64,000 nt of DNA from Candidatus Poribacteria bacterium (lineage in GTDB: Bacteria > Poribacteria > WGA-4E > WGA-3G): contig OZ251518.1 in NCBI GenBank assembly GCA_965242965.1, positions 3,488,001 through 3,552,000 on the forward strand. Direction: 5' to 3'. A program made the translations under genes and the position numbers. The notes under the pieces were generated by a model. That model ran no database searches and had not been told where the DNA came from. It was given only the letters and a program-made list of their open reading frames with translations. The stretch's first letter is position 1. Every line of letters begins with the position of its first letter. Shown here one piece after another: positions 9,039 to 19,612 of this stretch.

Positions 9039-12000
9039 ATGAACCCAAGAATTTTGGGCATTATCGGCGGCTTGGCACTCCTCGTCGCCCTCTTATCGCC
9101 CTTCATGATGGGCAGCTCCAAGAAAGTGGAGCAACTCTTCAATTCCGCCGAAGACCTTTATGGACAAGCGGACTATGAAGGCGCGATTGCCAAATACAAC
9201 GAAGCACTTGAAGAATCCACCAAGCGCGGCGTCAAGACAGAAGTCATCGACAAAGACTTCCCCACGCTCGCGAACTTCAAGATTGCCGTCAGCTACTCGC
9301 AACTCGCCGAACAATCCGGCGATGTCAACCACTACGACACCGCGATAGCCTACATTGAGAAAGTCGCACCAACCGCCACCATCCCCAAGCACCAAGAAGG
9401 CTTAACCTACTTGTGGGGACAGATTCTCTATCGCACCGAACAGTTCGAGCTCGCCGAACCCAAGTTCATGCAGCTCATCGAGAACTTCCCGAACTCCCTG
9501 TTCGTCGAGAACGCGTGGTATGCCATCGGGCAGCTCAACTACAAGCTCCAAAACTACGAGGACTCCCGGAACGCCTTCAAATCCGTGTTGGACGGATTCC
9601 CCAACTCCGATTTCAAAGACGATTCCCAGCACCTCATCGCGCAATCCTTCCTGAACGAGTCAAACTACGAACAGGCTTATCAGGAATTTGACAAAATTGC
9701 CACCGAAGAATTCAAAAACTACCCGGACTTGCAAGCCGAAGCGATGTATAAAGCCGCCTACAGTCTCAACCAACTCGGACGAGACGACGAGGCGATTAGC
9801 CGTTATACCAACTTCATCACGCAGTTCCCGGAGAGCCAGTACGTCACCGCCGCCTACTTCGACCAGGGTGCCATTTACGCCCGGCAGAAGGATTATGATA
9901 ACGCGCGCGTCAACTACGAACTCGCCCTCCAGAACACCGCGGACCGGGTGCTCCAAGCAGAAATTCAATCCGCCATCGGGCGAACCTACTATGACCAGGG
10001 TGACTACGAGAACGCAATCACCTCCTATACCACCCTGTTAGAAGAATACCCCGAGAGCGACTTCATCGCCGAGGCAAAACTCGGCATCGCCGATAGTCAC
10101 TTCCGGCTGCAACGCTGGAACGAAGCAACCGTCGCCTACGAGCGCGTCATCAACGAGCACGAAGAGGAAACCGACTTCATTCCTTACAGCTCCTATCAGA
10201 TTGGCGAGGCTTACTACAAACTGGGCACCGTGCAACGGGAGTCGGCTCAGGATGAAGAAAGCCGAGAACAAGCAATGACAACGCTTGAGCTCGCGCTCAC
10301 CTGGTATCAGAAGACAATAGACGACTTCCCGCAAGATGCCGTCGCACCTCACGCGCTTTACGGCGCAATCTGGGCCCTAAACGACTTAGGGCGCAAAGAA
10401 GAGTTAGAGACAGTCGCCCGCGAGTTTATCGACAAAAACAGAAACGACAACGAGTTCGATATCCTCGCCGCCGAAGTCCAACTCCGCTTTGCCGACATCA
10501 AACGGCAGGAATTCAAACAATATGTCGAAGCCGCCCAAGAATACGCAAAGCTGTGGGACTACCGTCCATTACCCAAGTTCCACCTCGTCAAGCTCATGGG
10601 CAAATTCTTTGAAGGCCGCTCCTACTACGAAGCCGCCAAACCCGATGGCTATCAGGAAGGCGACACCGACGCGACGTTCAACAACGAATACCTCCAGAAC
10701 TCCGTCGCCGCCTATCAAGATGCCATCGGCATGTTCAACGACGAAGCATTCCTCCCCGGTGTCGCCGAAGAACGTTACGACGACTTCTCCGAACGCGTCG
10801 CCCAAGTCGAAGCATGCGTCATGAACGAAGCACTCTCACACGAGATGCTCGGTGACTGGGAACAGGCACGCAACCGCTACGCCGCAATTCCCGAAACCAG
10901 CGAGTATTACGAACGCGCCCTACTTCTCGTCGCCAATAGCTACGTCAAACAAGGCGACAAAGAAGGCGCGATTGACTACTACAACAGCATCCTTGCCAAA
11001 CTCGCCGATGCTGACAACCGTTCGTTGGCAGAGATTAAACTCGCCGACTTACTGCGCGCCGAGAAACGCTTCGCCGAAGCCGCTGTTCAATATCAGGCCG
11101 TCGTCGACGGCAATCCGTCCGGTGAATACGCCGACGACGCGCTCTACCTCGTCGGGCTCTGCTACTACCACGCCAGTGCCGACGATGCCACGCTTATCCC
11201 GCAATCCGAAGCCGCGTTCCAACGCGTCATCGCCGATTATGCCGATAGCCCCAACGCCGTAGAAGCATATTACGGCTTGGCTCTCGCCTATCGCGATGCC
11301 GCCCAAAAGCACGGCGATACCGAGAAGTGGCCCCTCGTCCTCCAAATCGCTGACGAAGCAAACGATAAGTATGCCAGCAGCGAAGAAGAACTGGTGCTAC
11401 GGACGCTGGGACATATTGAATTAGTGAAAGCCACCGCGATTGAGAATACCAGCGAAGATGTCGATATCGATGTCCTCGCAGCCTCCCTCAAGCGCATAGT
11501 TAACAACACCGGCGCACCCGCAGATGCACGCAGCCGTTCGCAGTTGAAACTCGGGCACACCTACTACGGCGCGAAGCGTTACGAAGAAGCACTCGCCGAG
11601 TATCTCCTCTTCGTTGAGATGTTCCCGAGCAACGAACTCGCACCGAACGCGCAGTATCAAGCCGCCGTCTGTCACTACCAAATCGCGCAAGCCGCCGGCG
11701 ACAAAGGCACGAAGGACCTGGCACTCCAGAACGCCGTCACTGCCGCCCAAAAAGTCGCAACTCTCACCGATGATGCCGACAACCGCATCAGTGCGAGTTA
11801 CACCGAAGGCTTGGCGAAATTTGGATTAGATGACGAAGCTGGCGCGGCCGCCGCTTTCAAACAGGTGACTGCATTAGAGGGACAGACAGAAGATGAAAAT
11901 CGCAAGACGCTCATCTTCCAAGCCCATTCCCGACTCGCTGAACTCAACGGAAACCTCGGGGACCACGCCGCCGCCGTCCAGGAATATCAATACATCATTG

Positions 12001-13754
12001 AGAATACCGAGGACGCCGACTTGAAAGGCCGCTCCTACTTCGCCATGGCGTTCGCGCAAGACGAGCAGTTGAAGGCGTATCCTGAAGCATTAATGGGTTA
12101 CCAAAACGCCATTCAGTTGGTAGAAGATAACCTAGTCCAAGCGCAGGCATACTATCGGATGGGGCTTATCTATCAAGACAAACTCCGACAGCCGGAGAAA
12201 GCCTTGGAGACATTCCAGACGCTCATTAGCGACTATAGCGGTTCCGAGAACGCCAGCATCGCCTCCATGGTATCCGATGCCGGCATCCGCCGTTCCTCGC
12301 TCTACGTCGAACTCGGCAGGCTCAACGAAGCAATTGCCGAAGCAGAAGAATCACTGGAACGGACGAAAGCCAATCCGACAGCATCCATGTCAGAAAAATG
12401 CGCCGCGCAATATAACCTCGGCTTCCTCTATTCTGACCAGGCGCGCTCCCTCTTCTCGAACGAAGCAGGCACTGAGTTGCAACCTTACATCGATGCAAGC
12501 CGCGCCGCCGGCACCGCCTTCTTTGAGGTGAACACACTCGCCATGCCCGTTGAAGAAGCCGCCAAAGACGCTGTCAAGAGTCAGACCGTCATTCCTTACG
12601 TCCAGAATTCACTCTTCCAAGCCGGACAGATTTACTACTCTGTCGGTATCGGAGTCAAACTGGACCAGGATTTGAGAAGCTGCCTCGCGCCGCTCACCAC
12701 GTTTGTGGATTACGTCGATAAGGGACTCTTCCCCGCATCCGGAGACTTGCGGAAAAACACCGAAACGGCACTCAACTACCTCGCCTCCGCCAACTTTGAA
12801 CTCGGCCGGATGCAGGTAGGCATGGACGGAGAAATGTCCGAAAAAGCCGTCAGCTACTTTGACGATGCCGCCGATGTCTTCCGCGCGCTAGCGAAACGCT
12901 ATCCGAATGCCAATGATGCCGCCTACTGGCAATACCAGGTCGGCGAGTCCTACTACGCTTCGCAGCAATTCGAGCGCGCCATCGGCGAATACGAAAAGGT
13001 CCGCGGTGTCAACAGCGAACACAAATCCGCCGCCGAATCGTTATACGCCATCTCAACCTGTAGCCAGCTCCTCTCCGAAGCCGCCGAAAAAGCCGGCGAC
13101 GAAGAAGCCAAGCAACGCTGGTATGACAGACTGTTCGCCGCCAACGAAGCACTCGCCGCGGAATACCCGAACAGCGTCTATACCGCCGATGCACTCATCA
13201 ATATCGGCAATAAATACTATAACGCCGGCTCCGAGGCTGACTTGGAGCAGACAGAGCGCATTCGGCTCTACCAGATGGCAATCCAGCATTATCAACGCGC
13301 CATTGATACGCCCGGCATCAGTAACGACTCCAAAGTCACAGCGCGCGGCTATCTCACCGATACCGCCAGCGCGCTCGCCTATTACGAGTATGATACTGCC
13401 ACGGCGCAATTTGACGCCGCGAAGGTAACGCAAAACGCGGACGACAAGAAGACCGCGATTGAAGCCGTTATCGCCGAGTTTGACAAAATCATCGCCGCGT
13501 ATCCGATGACGAAATACGCGGATCTCGCACTCGTTCAGATAGGCGAAGCATACATGGTGCTCGCCGATAAGGACGATGCCTATTACAATAACGCTCTGGA
13601 TTACTTCAACCGGCTCTGGGCGAAATACGAGACGACACCGCCTGTCGACACCAAGGTGGCTCAGGCACTCGACTACGCCATCCGCCAAATTCAGGGAATC
13701 CAGAACTACATGAAGAGCGAGAACATCCAGATTCAGGATGTCGGCGGCGGATAA
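9039..13754 (+). CDS. Giant (1571 aa) membrane-anchored or exported tetratricopeptide-repeat protein with BamD/YbgF-like repeats
   Basis: RBS AAAGGAG; N-terminal hydrophobic segment; many repeats of type A..Y..LIE.FP.S.....A.Y..G. Confidence 0.85.
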   Translation: MNPRILGIIGGLALLVALLSPFMMGSSKKVEQLFNSAEDLYGQADYEGAIAKYNEALEESTKRGVKTEVIDKDFPTLANFKIAVSYSQLAEQSGDVNHYDTAIAYIEKVAPTATIPKHQEGLTYLWGQILYRTEQFELAEPKFMQLIENFPNSLFVENAWYAIGQLNYKLQNYEDSRNAFKSVLDGFPNSDFKDDSQHLIAQSFLNESNYEQAYQEFDKIATEEFKNYPDLQAEAMYKAAYSLNQLGRDDEAISRYTNFITQFPESQYVTAAYFDQGAIYARQKDYDNARVNYELALQNTADRVLQAEIQSAIGRTYYDQGDYENAITSYTTLLEEYPESDFIAEAKLGIADSHFRLQRWNEATVAYERVINEHEEETDFIPYSSYQIGEAYYKLGTVQRESAQDEESREQAMTTLELALTWYQKTIDDFPQDAVAPHALYGAIWALNDLGRKEELETVAREFIDKNRNDNEFDILAAEVQLRFADIKRQEFKQYVEAAQEYAKLWDYRPLPKFHLVKLMGKFFEGRSYYEAAKPDGYQEGDTDATFNNEYLQNSVAAYQDAIGMFNDEAFLPGVAEERYDDFSERVAQVEACVMNEALSHEMLGDWEQARNRYAAIPETSEYYERALLLVANSYVKQGDKEGAIDYYNSILAKLADADNRSLAEIKLADLLRAEKRFAEAAVQYQAVVDGNPSGEYADDALYLVGLCYYHASADDATLIPQSEAAFQRVIADYADSPNAVEAYYGLALAYRDAAQKHGDTEKWPLVLQIADEANDKYASSEEELVLRTLGHIELVKATAIENTSEDVDIDVLAASLKRIVNNTGAPADARSRSQLKLGHTYYGAKRYEEALAEYLLFVEMFPSNELAPNAQYQAAVCHYQIAQAAGDKGTKDLALQNAVTAAQKVATLTDDADNRISASYTEGLAKFGLDDEAGAAAAFKQVTALEGQTEDENRKTLIFQAHSRLAELNGNLGDHAAAVQEYQYIIENTEDADLKGRSYFAMAFAQDEQLKAYPEALMGYQNAIQLVEDNLVQAQAYYRMGLIYQDKLRQPEKALETFQTLISDYSGSENASIASMVSDAGIRRSSLYVELGRLNEAIAEAEESLERTKANPTASMSEKCAAQYNLGFLYSDQARSLFSNEAGTELQPYIDASRAAGTAFFEVNTLAMPVEEAAKDAVKSQTVIPYVQNSLFQAGQIYYSVGIGVKLDQDLRSCLAPLTTFVDYVDKGLFPASGDLRKNTETALNYLASANFELGRMQVGMDGEMSEKAVSYFDDAADVFRALAKRYPNANDAAYWQYQVGESYYASQQFERAIGEYEKVRGVNSEHKSAAESLYAISTCSQLLSEAAEKAGDEEAKQRWYDRLFAANEALAAEYPNSVYTADALINIGNKYYNAGSEADLEQTERIRLYQMAIQHYQRAIDTPGISNDSKVTARGYLTDTASALAYYEYDTATAQFDAAKVTQNADDKKTAIEAVIAEFDKIIAAYPMTKYADLALVQIGEAYMVLADKDDAYYNNALDYFNRLWAKYETTPPVDTKVAQALDYAIRQIQGIQNYMKSENIQIQDVGGG

Positions 13755-13756
13755 TT

Positions 13757-14000
13757 TTGTCCTGGCGCAAAGCGTTCGGTTAGGTGGGTTGGCGCATGAA
13801 CGCCTCTCTACGTAGATCCGCAATCGACGTTGTCGATTGCTTGTGGTCTGGTGCTAATTCTTGTTATCAAGAGTCGCATCGAAAACATAGGTAGCGTGCT
13901 TACGCGGCGCGACGCACGCACGTCTTCTGTCGGCGTAACGATTGACAACGTCAATGACGGCTTACGTAGAACGATGTTCATGCACCAACCCACCTAACCG
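13757..14000. mobile_element. ~240-bp non-autonomous element with long inverted ends (family G)
   Basis: GCGCAAAGCGTTCGGTTAGGTGGGTTGGCGCATGAAC ... GTTCATGCACCAACCCACCTAACCGAACGCCTTGCG; homologues at 20733-20971 and 22600-22797, partial copies elsewhere. Confidence 0.75.
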
Positions 14001-14069
14001 AACGCCTTGCGAACAACGAAAAAACAGGGCGGATATATCCATATCCGCCCATGCCTACTCGCATTTCAA

Positions 14070-14376
14070 TATCTTGCAAATCCGGAGCAGGATTATCACG
14101 ATTATCACGATTTACTAGGATTAGGAGCAGGATTATCACGATTTCCAGGATTTCACAGGATTAGGTCGCTGAGGCACCGGACACCGTTTCGGTGCATCAG
14201 AACCTATAATCTTGCTAATCTTGCCAAATCTTGTAAATCCGGCTCAATCTTGTAAATCCGGCTCAATCTTGCCAATCCGGCTCAATCTTGAAAATCTTGT
14301 AAAGCCTGCTCATCTCTTGCGAAATCGTGATAATCTTGTAAATCCTGCTTCAAATCCTGCTTCAAATCCTGCTCCT
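14070..14376. repeat. 9-mer-based inverted-repeat element (GGATTATCA/AATCTTGTA type)
   Basis: GAGCAGGATT plus 9-nt units, a central GCACCGGACACC...GGTGC core, then inverted AATCTTG.. units ending AATCCTGCTCC. Confidence 0.75.
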
Positions 14377-14382
14377 AAAAAT

Positions 14383-15579
14383 ATGAAACCTATTACCAAC
14401 TCCCGTGAATTAACAGTCCCCACGCGCATCCTCCTCGGCCCCGGACCCAGCGAAGCCAACGCGCGCGTCCTCAAAGCCATGACAACCCCCATGCTCGGCT
14501 ATTTAGACACCGCCTTTGTTCACGTCATGGACGACACCGTCGCACTCCTCCGACAAGTCTTCGGCACAAACAACCCGCTGACGTTCCCCATCTCCGGCAC
14601 CGGCACCGCCGGCATGGAAGCCGCCCTCGTCAACGTCATCGAACCCGGTGACGCTGTCGTCGTCGGAGTCAACGGCTACTTCGGCGGCAGGATAGCCGAC
14701 ATCGCCGCCCGCTGCGGCGGTGACGTGACAACTGTTGAAGCCGAATGGGGCACGCATATCCCTGCCGAACGCATCGCCGATGCCGTGACGAAAACGCACC
14801 CCAAACTCGTCGCCCTCGTTCACGGCGAGACATCGACAGGCATACTCCAACCCCTAGACGAAGTCATCGCCATCGCGCATCAACACGACGCGCTCTTCCT
14901 CGCAGACTGCGTCACCTCCCTCGGCGGACAGCCTGTCGACGTAGATGCCCGCCGCATTGATATCGCCTATAGCTGCACCCAGAAATGCCTCGCCGGGCCC
15001 CCTGGCTTATCCCCCATCACCTTCAGCGAACGCGCCCTTAACGTCATTCGACAGCGCAAAGCACCCGTTCAAAGTTTCTACCTCGACATAACGCTCCTTG
15101 AGCAATACTGGTTTGGAACGCCCCATGCACCCCAGCGCGCATATCATCACACCGTCTCAATGTCCCTCATCTATGCCCTCCGAGAAGCACTCCGCGTCGT
15201 CATGGAAGAAGGATTAACCGCGCGCTATCGCCGACACGAACTGCACGCGCAGGCACTCCTCGCCGGCGCGAAAGCCATCGGACTCGCACCCGCAGCCGAA
15301 GAAGGCTATCGCGCACCCATGCTGACGACACTTCGTATCCCTGATGGCTGTGACGATGTCACCATTCGGAAAGGGCTCTTAGAAGAAGATGGCATTGAAA
15401 TCGGTGGAGGATTAGGCATCTTTGCCGGGAAGGCGTGGCGCATCGGCCTCATGGGCGAATCGTCCAACGAACGGAACGTCATGCTCGTGCTCAACGCGCT
15501 AGAAAAACGGCTGCGCGCTGCGGGACAAGCTATTACCCCCGGTACCGCCGTGCAAGCCGCCGCGCAGGTGTATCAATGA
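14383..15579 (+). CDS. Alanine-glyoxylate/serine-pyruvate aminotransferase (class V PLP enzyme)
   Basis: LLGPGPS, SGTGTAGMEAA, HGETSTG, DCVTSLGG, CTQKCLAGPPGL; start moved to ATG 14383 because the upstream frame is repeat DNA. Confidence 0.92.
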   Translation: MKPITNSRELTVPTRILLGPGPSEANARVLKAMTTPMLGYLDTAFVHVMDDTVALLRQVFGTNNPLTFPISGTGTAGMEAALVNVIEPGDAVVVGVNGYFGGRIADIAARCGGDVTTVEAEWGTHIPAERIADAVTKTHPKLVALVHGETSTGILQPLDEVIAIAHQHDALFLADCVTSLGGQPVDVDARRIDIAYSCTQKCLAGPPGLSPITFSERALNVIRQRKAPVQSFYLDITLLEQYWFGTPHAPQRAYHHTVSMSLIYALREALRVVMEEGLTARYRRHELHAQALLAGAKAIGLAPAAEEGYRAPMLTTLRIPDGCDDVTIRKGLLEEDGIEIGGGLGIFAGKAWRIGLMGESSNERNVMLVLNALEKRLRAAGQAITPGTAVQAAAQVYQ

Positions 15580-15587
15580 AGAAAAAC

Positions 15588-15875
15588 GGAGCAGGATTTC
15601 CAAGATTATACAAGATTTACCAAGATTAGGTTTCTGGTGCGCCGGACACCCTTTTGGCAGGCCACGGGGTATTTGATGCACCAAGCCCTAATCGTGCGAA
15701 ATCGTGATAATCGTGCAAATCCTGCTCCTAATCGTGAGAATCCTGCTCCGGTGCGTCGCGGAGATGACAAGAATTAGCACCAGACCACTAGCATGCAACA
15801 ACGGCGCATGCGGGTCTACGTAGAGAGACGTTCATGCGCCAACCCACCTAACCGAACGCCTTGCGCCAGTACGAA
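15588..15875. repeat. Second 9-mer element plus inverted partial family-G end
   Basis: GGAGCAGGATT...AATCCTGCTCC (15588-15749); 15765-15875 is the reverse complement of about 13755-13870. Confidence 0.75.
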
Positions 15876-15877
15876 AA

Positions 15878-17524
15878 TTACTCCCATTCAATCGTGCTCG
15901 GAGGTTTGGAACTAATATCATAAACCACGCGGTTGATACCCTGCACCTCATTGATAAGCCGCGTCGAAACCCGCGCCAGCACCGCATCAGGAATCCGCGC
16001 CCAATCCGCTGTCATCGCATCGCTACTCGTGACAGCCCGGAGCGCAACCACGTTCTCATACGTCCGTTCGTCCCCCATCACGCCCACGCTCTTGATAGGA
16101 AGTAGCACCGCCAATGCCTGCCATATCGCATCGTAAAGACCGGCGGTTCGCAGTTCATCAATGAAAATCGCATCGGCAGCGCGGAGAACAGAAAGACGCG
16201 CCCGTGTCACCTCACCCAGAATCCGCACCGCCAGCCCGGGACCGGGAAACGGATGTCTACCCAGCACATGCGGCGGGACGTTCAGAGCCGCACCCAGCGC
16301 GCGCACCTCATCTTTAAACAGTTCCCGGAACGGTTCAATCAGTTCAAACGGCATATCCTCTGGCAAGCCACCGACATTGTGATGCGTCTTAATCGTCGCC
16401 GAGGGGCCCTTGACAGAGACGCTCTCAATCACATCCGGATAGAGCGTCCCTTGCGCCAGAAAATTGATGTTCGGCGTTCCGCCTGCATCCATTTCTAGAC
16501 GACTGACCACCTCCCGAAACGTCTCAATAAACCGCGCCCCAATCGCTTTCCTCTTCTCCTCCGGATGCACCACACCCGCCAGCGCGCCTAAAAACGCATC
16601 CGTCGCATCCTCAAAATGAATCGGAATCCCCAGTTCCTTGCAAGTAGCCAGCACCCCTTTCGCCTCGTTTTGACGCAGCAGCCCCGTGTCCACAAACACC
16701 GGCACCAGCGCATCCCCGATGGCCCGATGCAACAGCCTCGCCAGCACCATTGAATCGACACCGCCGCTGACTGCACACAAGACCCGTTCTCCCCGCACCT
16801 TCTCCCGCAACTCCCCTGTCACCCTCGCGATAAACGCCTCCATCGTCCACGTCGCTTGACAGCCACAGATATCGCGCACGAAATTGCCCAGAATCTTGTC
16901 AGCATCCTGCGTATGTTCAACTTCCGGGTGAAACTGAAGTCCGTAAAATCCCTTCTCTGGATGCACCATCGCCGCAATCGGTGAATTCAAAGTGTACGCA
17001 ATTCTCTTAAACCCCGTCGGGAGCGCGTCAATCCTGTCACCGTGACTCATCCATGCCGCAAACGTTGACGGTAAACCCGCGAATAATGCATCGGCGGTGA
17101 GATGCAGTTGCGCGTGCCCATATTCCCGTTCCGTCGCCGGATGCACCCTTCCGCCGTCCATGAGGTGCGCCATCAGTTGCATCCCATAGCATAAGCCGAG
17201 CACCGGGATGCCGAGCGTGAAGAGGGCTGGTTCAACTTTCGGCGCGTCGGGGGCATAGACACTCGCCGGTCCGCCGCTTAAAATGATGCCTTTCGGCGCG
17301 ATGGCTTTAATGCCAGCCAGCGGCAGCGTATACGGGTGGATGTCGCAGTAGACATGTTGCTCGCGGATGCGACGAGCAATCAACTGCGTATATTGTGAAC
17401 CGAAGTCCAGAATGAGGAGAGTATCGTGTTTTTTAGCGGCAGAGGTATCGTGCTTTTCGGATGCAACGCACGTAGTTTGTATGGGCGTGTTCATGTCGTC
17501 CTCAGTGTTGTCCTCGGTAAACAT
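15878..17524 (-). CDS. guaA: GMP synthase (glutamine-hydrolysing)
   Basis: [54 protein letters not shown]; start chosen by RBS GAGGGAG. Confidence 0.97.
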   Translation of the reverse strand: MFTEDNTEDDMNTPIQTTCVASEKHDTSAAKKHDTLLILDFGSQYTQLIARRIREQHVYCDIHPYTLPLAGIKAIAPKGIILSGGPASVYAPDAPKVEPALFTLGIPVLGLCYGMQLMAHLMDGGRVHPATEREYGHAQLHLTADALFAGLPSTFAAWMSHGDRIDALPTGFKRIAYTLNSPIAAMVHPEKGFYGLQFHPEVEHTQDADKILGNFVRDICGCQATWTMEAFIARVTGELREKVRGERVLCAVSGGVDSMVLARLLHRAIGDALVPVFVDTGLLRQNEAKGVLATCKELGIPIHFEDATDAFLGALAGVVHPEEKRKAIGARFIETFREVVSRLEMDAGGTPNINFLAQGTLYPDVIESVSVKGPSATIKTHHNVGGLPEDMPFELIEPFRELFKDEVRALGAALNVPPHVLGRHPFPGPGLAVRILGEVTRARLSVLRAADAIFIDELRTAGLYDAIWQALAVLLPIKSVGVMGDERTYENVVALRAVTSSDAMTADWARIPDAVLARVSTRLINEVQGINRVVYDISSKPPSTIEWE

Positions 17525-17542
17525 TGTCTCCCTCACGGGGTT

Positions 17543-17827
17543 TTAAAGGGATGGCACGTTGCTTTCTTGTGCTACGATGTCGCCTGTCTGCCGTTCAAAG
17601 ATAGTGCCGTAGTCTCCCGGCGGCGCGAACGTCTCATCGCTCAACATCGCCAGCCCGGTGTTTGCGTCCTCAACATACCAGTCGCCGCGATGCGGATGCC
17701 CCGGTGTGTCAATGCACCGGACATAATAACAGTGGTTATGGAATTGGACGGTGTTGCCGTTGACGACGATATACCTGTCGCCGAATAGGTTCAGGGCGAT
17801 CTGGTGGACAAGATAGGGGGTACTCAT
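17543..17827 (-). CDS. Hypothetical protein (94 aa)
   Basis: ATGA overlap with the upstream gene stop; operon-like packing; plausible globular sequence. Confidence 0.6.
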   Translation of the reverse strand: MSTPYLVHQIALNLFGDRYIVVNGNTVQFHNHCYYVRCIDTPGHPHRGDWYVEDANTGLAMLSDETFAPPGDYGTIFERQTGDIVAQESNVPSL

Positions 17828-19521
17828 GGCGTTGTTCGTATAGTGATGTCGATGCGGCGGTTCAGTTCTTCAGCGGTTCCGAGGGGTTCGGTTTCCCCTA
17901 AGCCTATCGCTGTTAGCCGTTTCTTCTCGAGTCCGCCTTCTTCAATGAGAAACATTTGCACCGCCTTTGCGCGTCCCTCGCTGATGTGCATGTTCACGCC
18001 GGCTCCACCGCTCGTCGCCGTGTGTGCTTCAATCCGGAGGGGATATTCGGCAAACGCTGTCCGCCGGAGCACCTTTGCGATTTGCGCGAACGTTGGGAAA
18101 AATGCCGGTTTCAATGCCGTGCTGCCAACGGCAAACAGGTTACCGCTGATACGAAGCCGCACGCCTTCGTTCACCTCCACTACCTCTGTCACCTTCGGGA
18201 GTTTTTGTAATGCTTGCATCAGGTTCCTTTTCGCTGAGGTGAGCTGCTGCGTATTGGCGATGGCGCGCTGCAAAGTTTCCGTGCTATCTGCGGCTGCCTG
18301 TATCGCGGCGGGATAGTCCTTCTCGGCTAACGCCGTTTTCGCCGCGGCGAGTGCATCCTGCGCAAGTTGATAGAGCCGCGCTTCCAGCCGCGGCACATCG
18401 GTGTTCGCCTGCGCTGCTATTTCCTGTTCAGCAGTCTCTACGGCACGCTGTGCTTCCGTTGTGAGGGTAGCCAATTCTTTCTGCGCACGCTGCCGGTATT
18501 CCAGAACTTCCGCAATCCCTACTGCAGTGTCAGCGCGTTGTTGAGACGCTTCCGCTGCACGCCGTGCCTGTGCATACTGACGTGCGTTGAGGTGCTGCTG
18601 CGCTGTTTTCAGGTGTGCTGCCGCTTCTTCAAACGGTTCAAGCGCGTGTTGCCTTGCACTCAGGTATTGTGCCCGTTCAATAATCAACGCTGCCTTCGCT
18701 ATCGCTACGCGTGCCTCTGTTTCTTCGGCATGCTCCTTGTTCCGATTTTGCACAGCGGTTTCATAGAGCGCGTTCGCCTGCTGCTGTGCTTCTCCTGTCG
18801 TTTTATCTGCCGCTGTGAAATCGTCCTCGCGAGCCAGGAGGCTACCTGCGAGAGCCAACGTCGCCTGCGCGCGTTCGTAGTCCGCTGTCGCTTCAATCGC
18901 GGGATAGAGTTCCTTGGCGATGTTCACGAGTAACGCTGCGCTTGATAACGTCACTTGCAGCTCTGTCCGCTGCAGCGATGCCGTTAATTCCGCTACATCT
19001 GTTGTCAACGCGCCTTCACGTTTTTTGTCCTGTCGGTGGACTGCTTCTGCTTCTGCTAGCGATTCCTTTGTGAGTTCATGCTGGATACGTGCGATGGCGA
19101 GTTCATCGGATAACGCGGCGATGCGTGCCTGCGCGGCTTGTTCGCGGACAAGCACGCGCTGTTCGCGTGCCTGGTGCTGCCGCGCCTTTGCGTGCGCAAT
19201 CCGCCCCACTAACTCCGCCTGATAGGCGAACTCCGCGCTCTGTGCGATGTCACCGTTCTCCTGCGCCTCTTGAGCAAGCGCGAGCAGTTTGACAGCGCGC
19301 CCGAACTCCTCTATCGGCAACCTCTCTGCCTCAAGTTCAGATGCACTCTCAATCGCCTGTTGCGCGCCTTGGAGCGATGTCTCCAGCAGCACGCTGTCTA
19401 TTTTCGGGCCCGCGCATCCGAACAACAGGATGAACAGGACGAGCAAGCCTATTTTTGGTATTTCGCCATGCGTTTGATTTTTTTGTTGTTCGCGAGGCGT
19501 TCGATTAGGGTTTCTGTGCAT
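17824..19521 (-). CDS. Lipoprotein with alanine-rich helical (DUF4398-like) repeats and C-terminal OmpA-like peptidoglycan-binding domain
   Basis: Lipobox LLFGC; C-terminal LF..GS..L, IEAHT, N..ISEGRAKAV, GLGETEP, NRRIDI. True start uncertain; the nearest in-frame ATG lies in a repeat element. Confidence 0.8.
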   Translation of the reverse strand: MHRNPNRTPREQQKNQTHGEIPKIGLLVLFILLFGCAGPKIDSVLLETSLQGAQQAIESASELEAERLPIEEFGRAVKLLALAQEAQENGDIAQSAEFAYQAELVGRIAHAKARQHQAREQRVLVREQAAQARIAALSDELAIARIQHELTKESLAEAEAVHRQDKKREGALTTDVAELTASLQRTELQVTLSSAALLVNIAKELYPAIEATADYERAQATLALAGSLLAREDDFTAADKTTGEAQQQANALYETAVQNRNKEHAEETEARVAIAKAALIIERAQYLSARQHALEPFEEAAAHLKTAQQHLNARQYAQARRAAEASQQRADTAVGIAEVLEYRQRAQKELATLTTEAQRAVETAEQEIAAQANTDVPRLEARLYQLAQDALAAAKTALAEKDYPAAIQAAADSTETLQRAIANTQQLTSAKRNLMQALQKLPKVTEVVEVNEGVRLRISGNLFAVGSTALKPAFFPTFAQIAKVLRRTAFAEYPLRIEAHTATSGGAGVNMHISEGRAKAVQMFLIEEGGLEKKRLTAIGLGETEPLGTAEELNRRIDITIRTTP

Positions 19522-19612
19522 GAACGTCTCTCTCCGTAAACCCGCAACGGCTGGCACGTGTGCCAGACCTTGCATCATTGTTGCATGCTTGATTTCTGTT
19601 GTGATACTTGTC
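19484..19612. mobile_element. Partial family-G element
   Basis: TTGTTGTTCGCGAGGCGTTCGATTAGGG...TGGCACGTGTGCCA, nearly identical to 22600-22720. Confidence 0.7.

Noticed and set aside
14212-14382. Long N-terminal extensions in the ORF track (also 19522-19941, 24642-24824, 57715-57837)
   Set aside because: They run through repeat DNA, neighbouring genes or the 5S fragment; downstream starts fit better.
17440-17520. Micro-duplications in the guaA N-terminus ([16 protein letters not shown])
   Set aside because: Short local duplications in a probably disordered extension, with no evidence of function.
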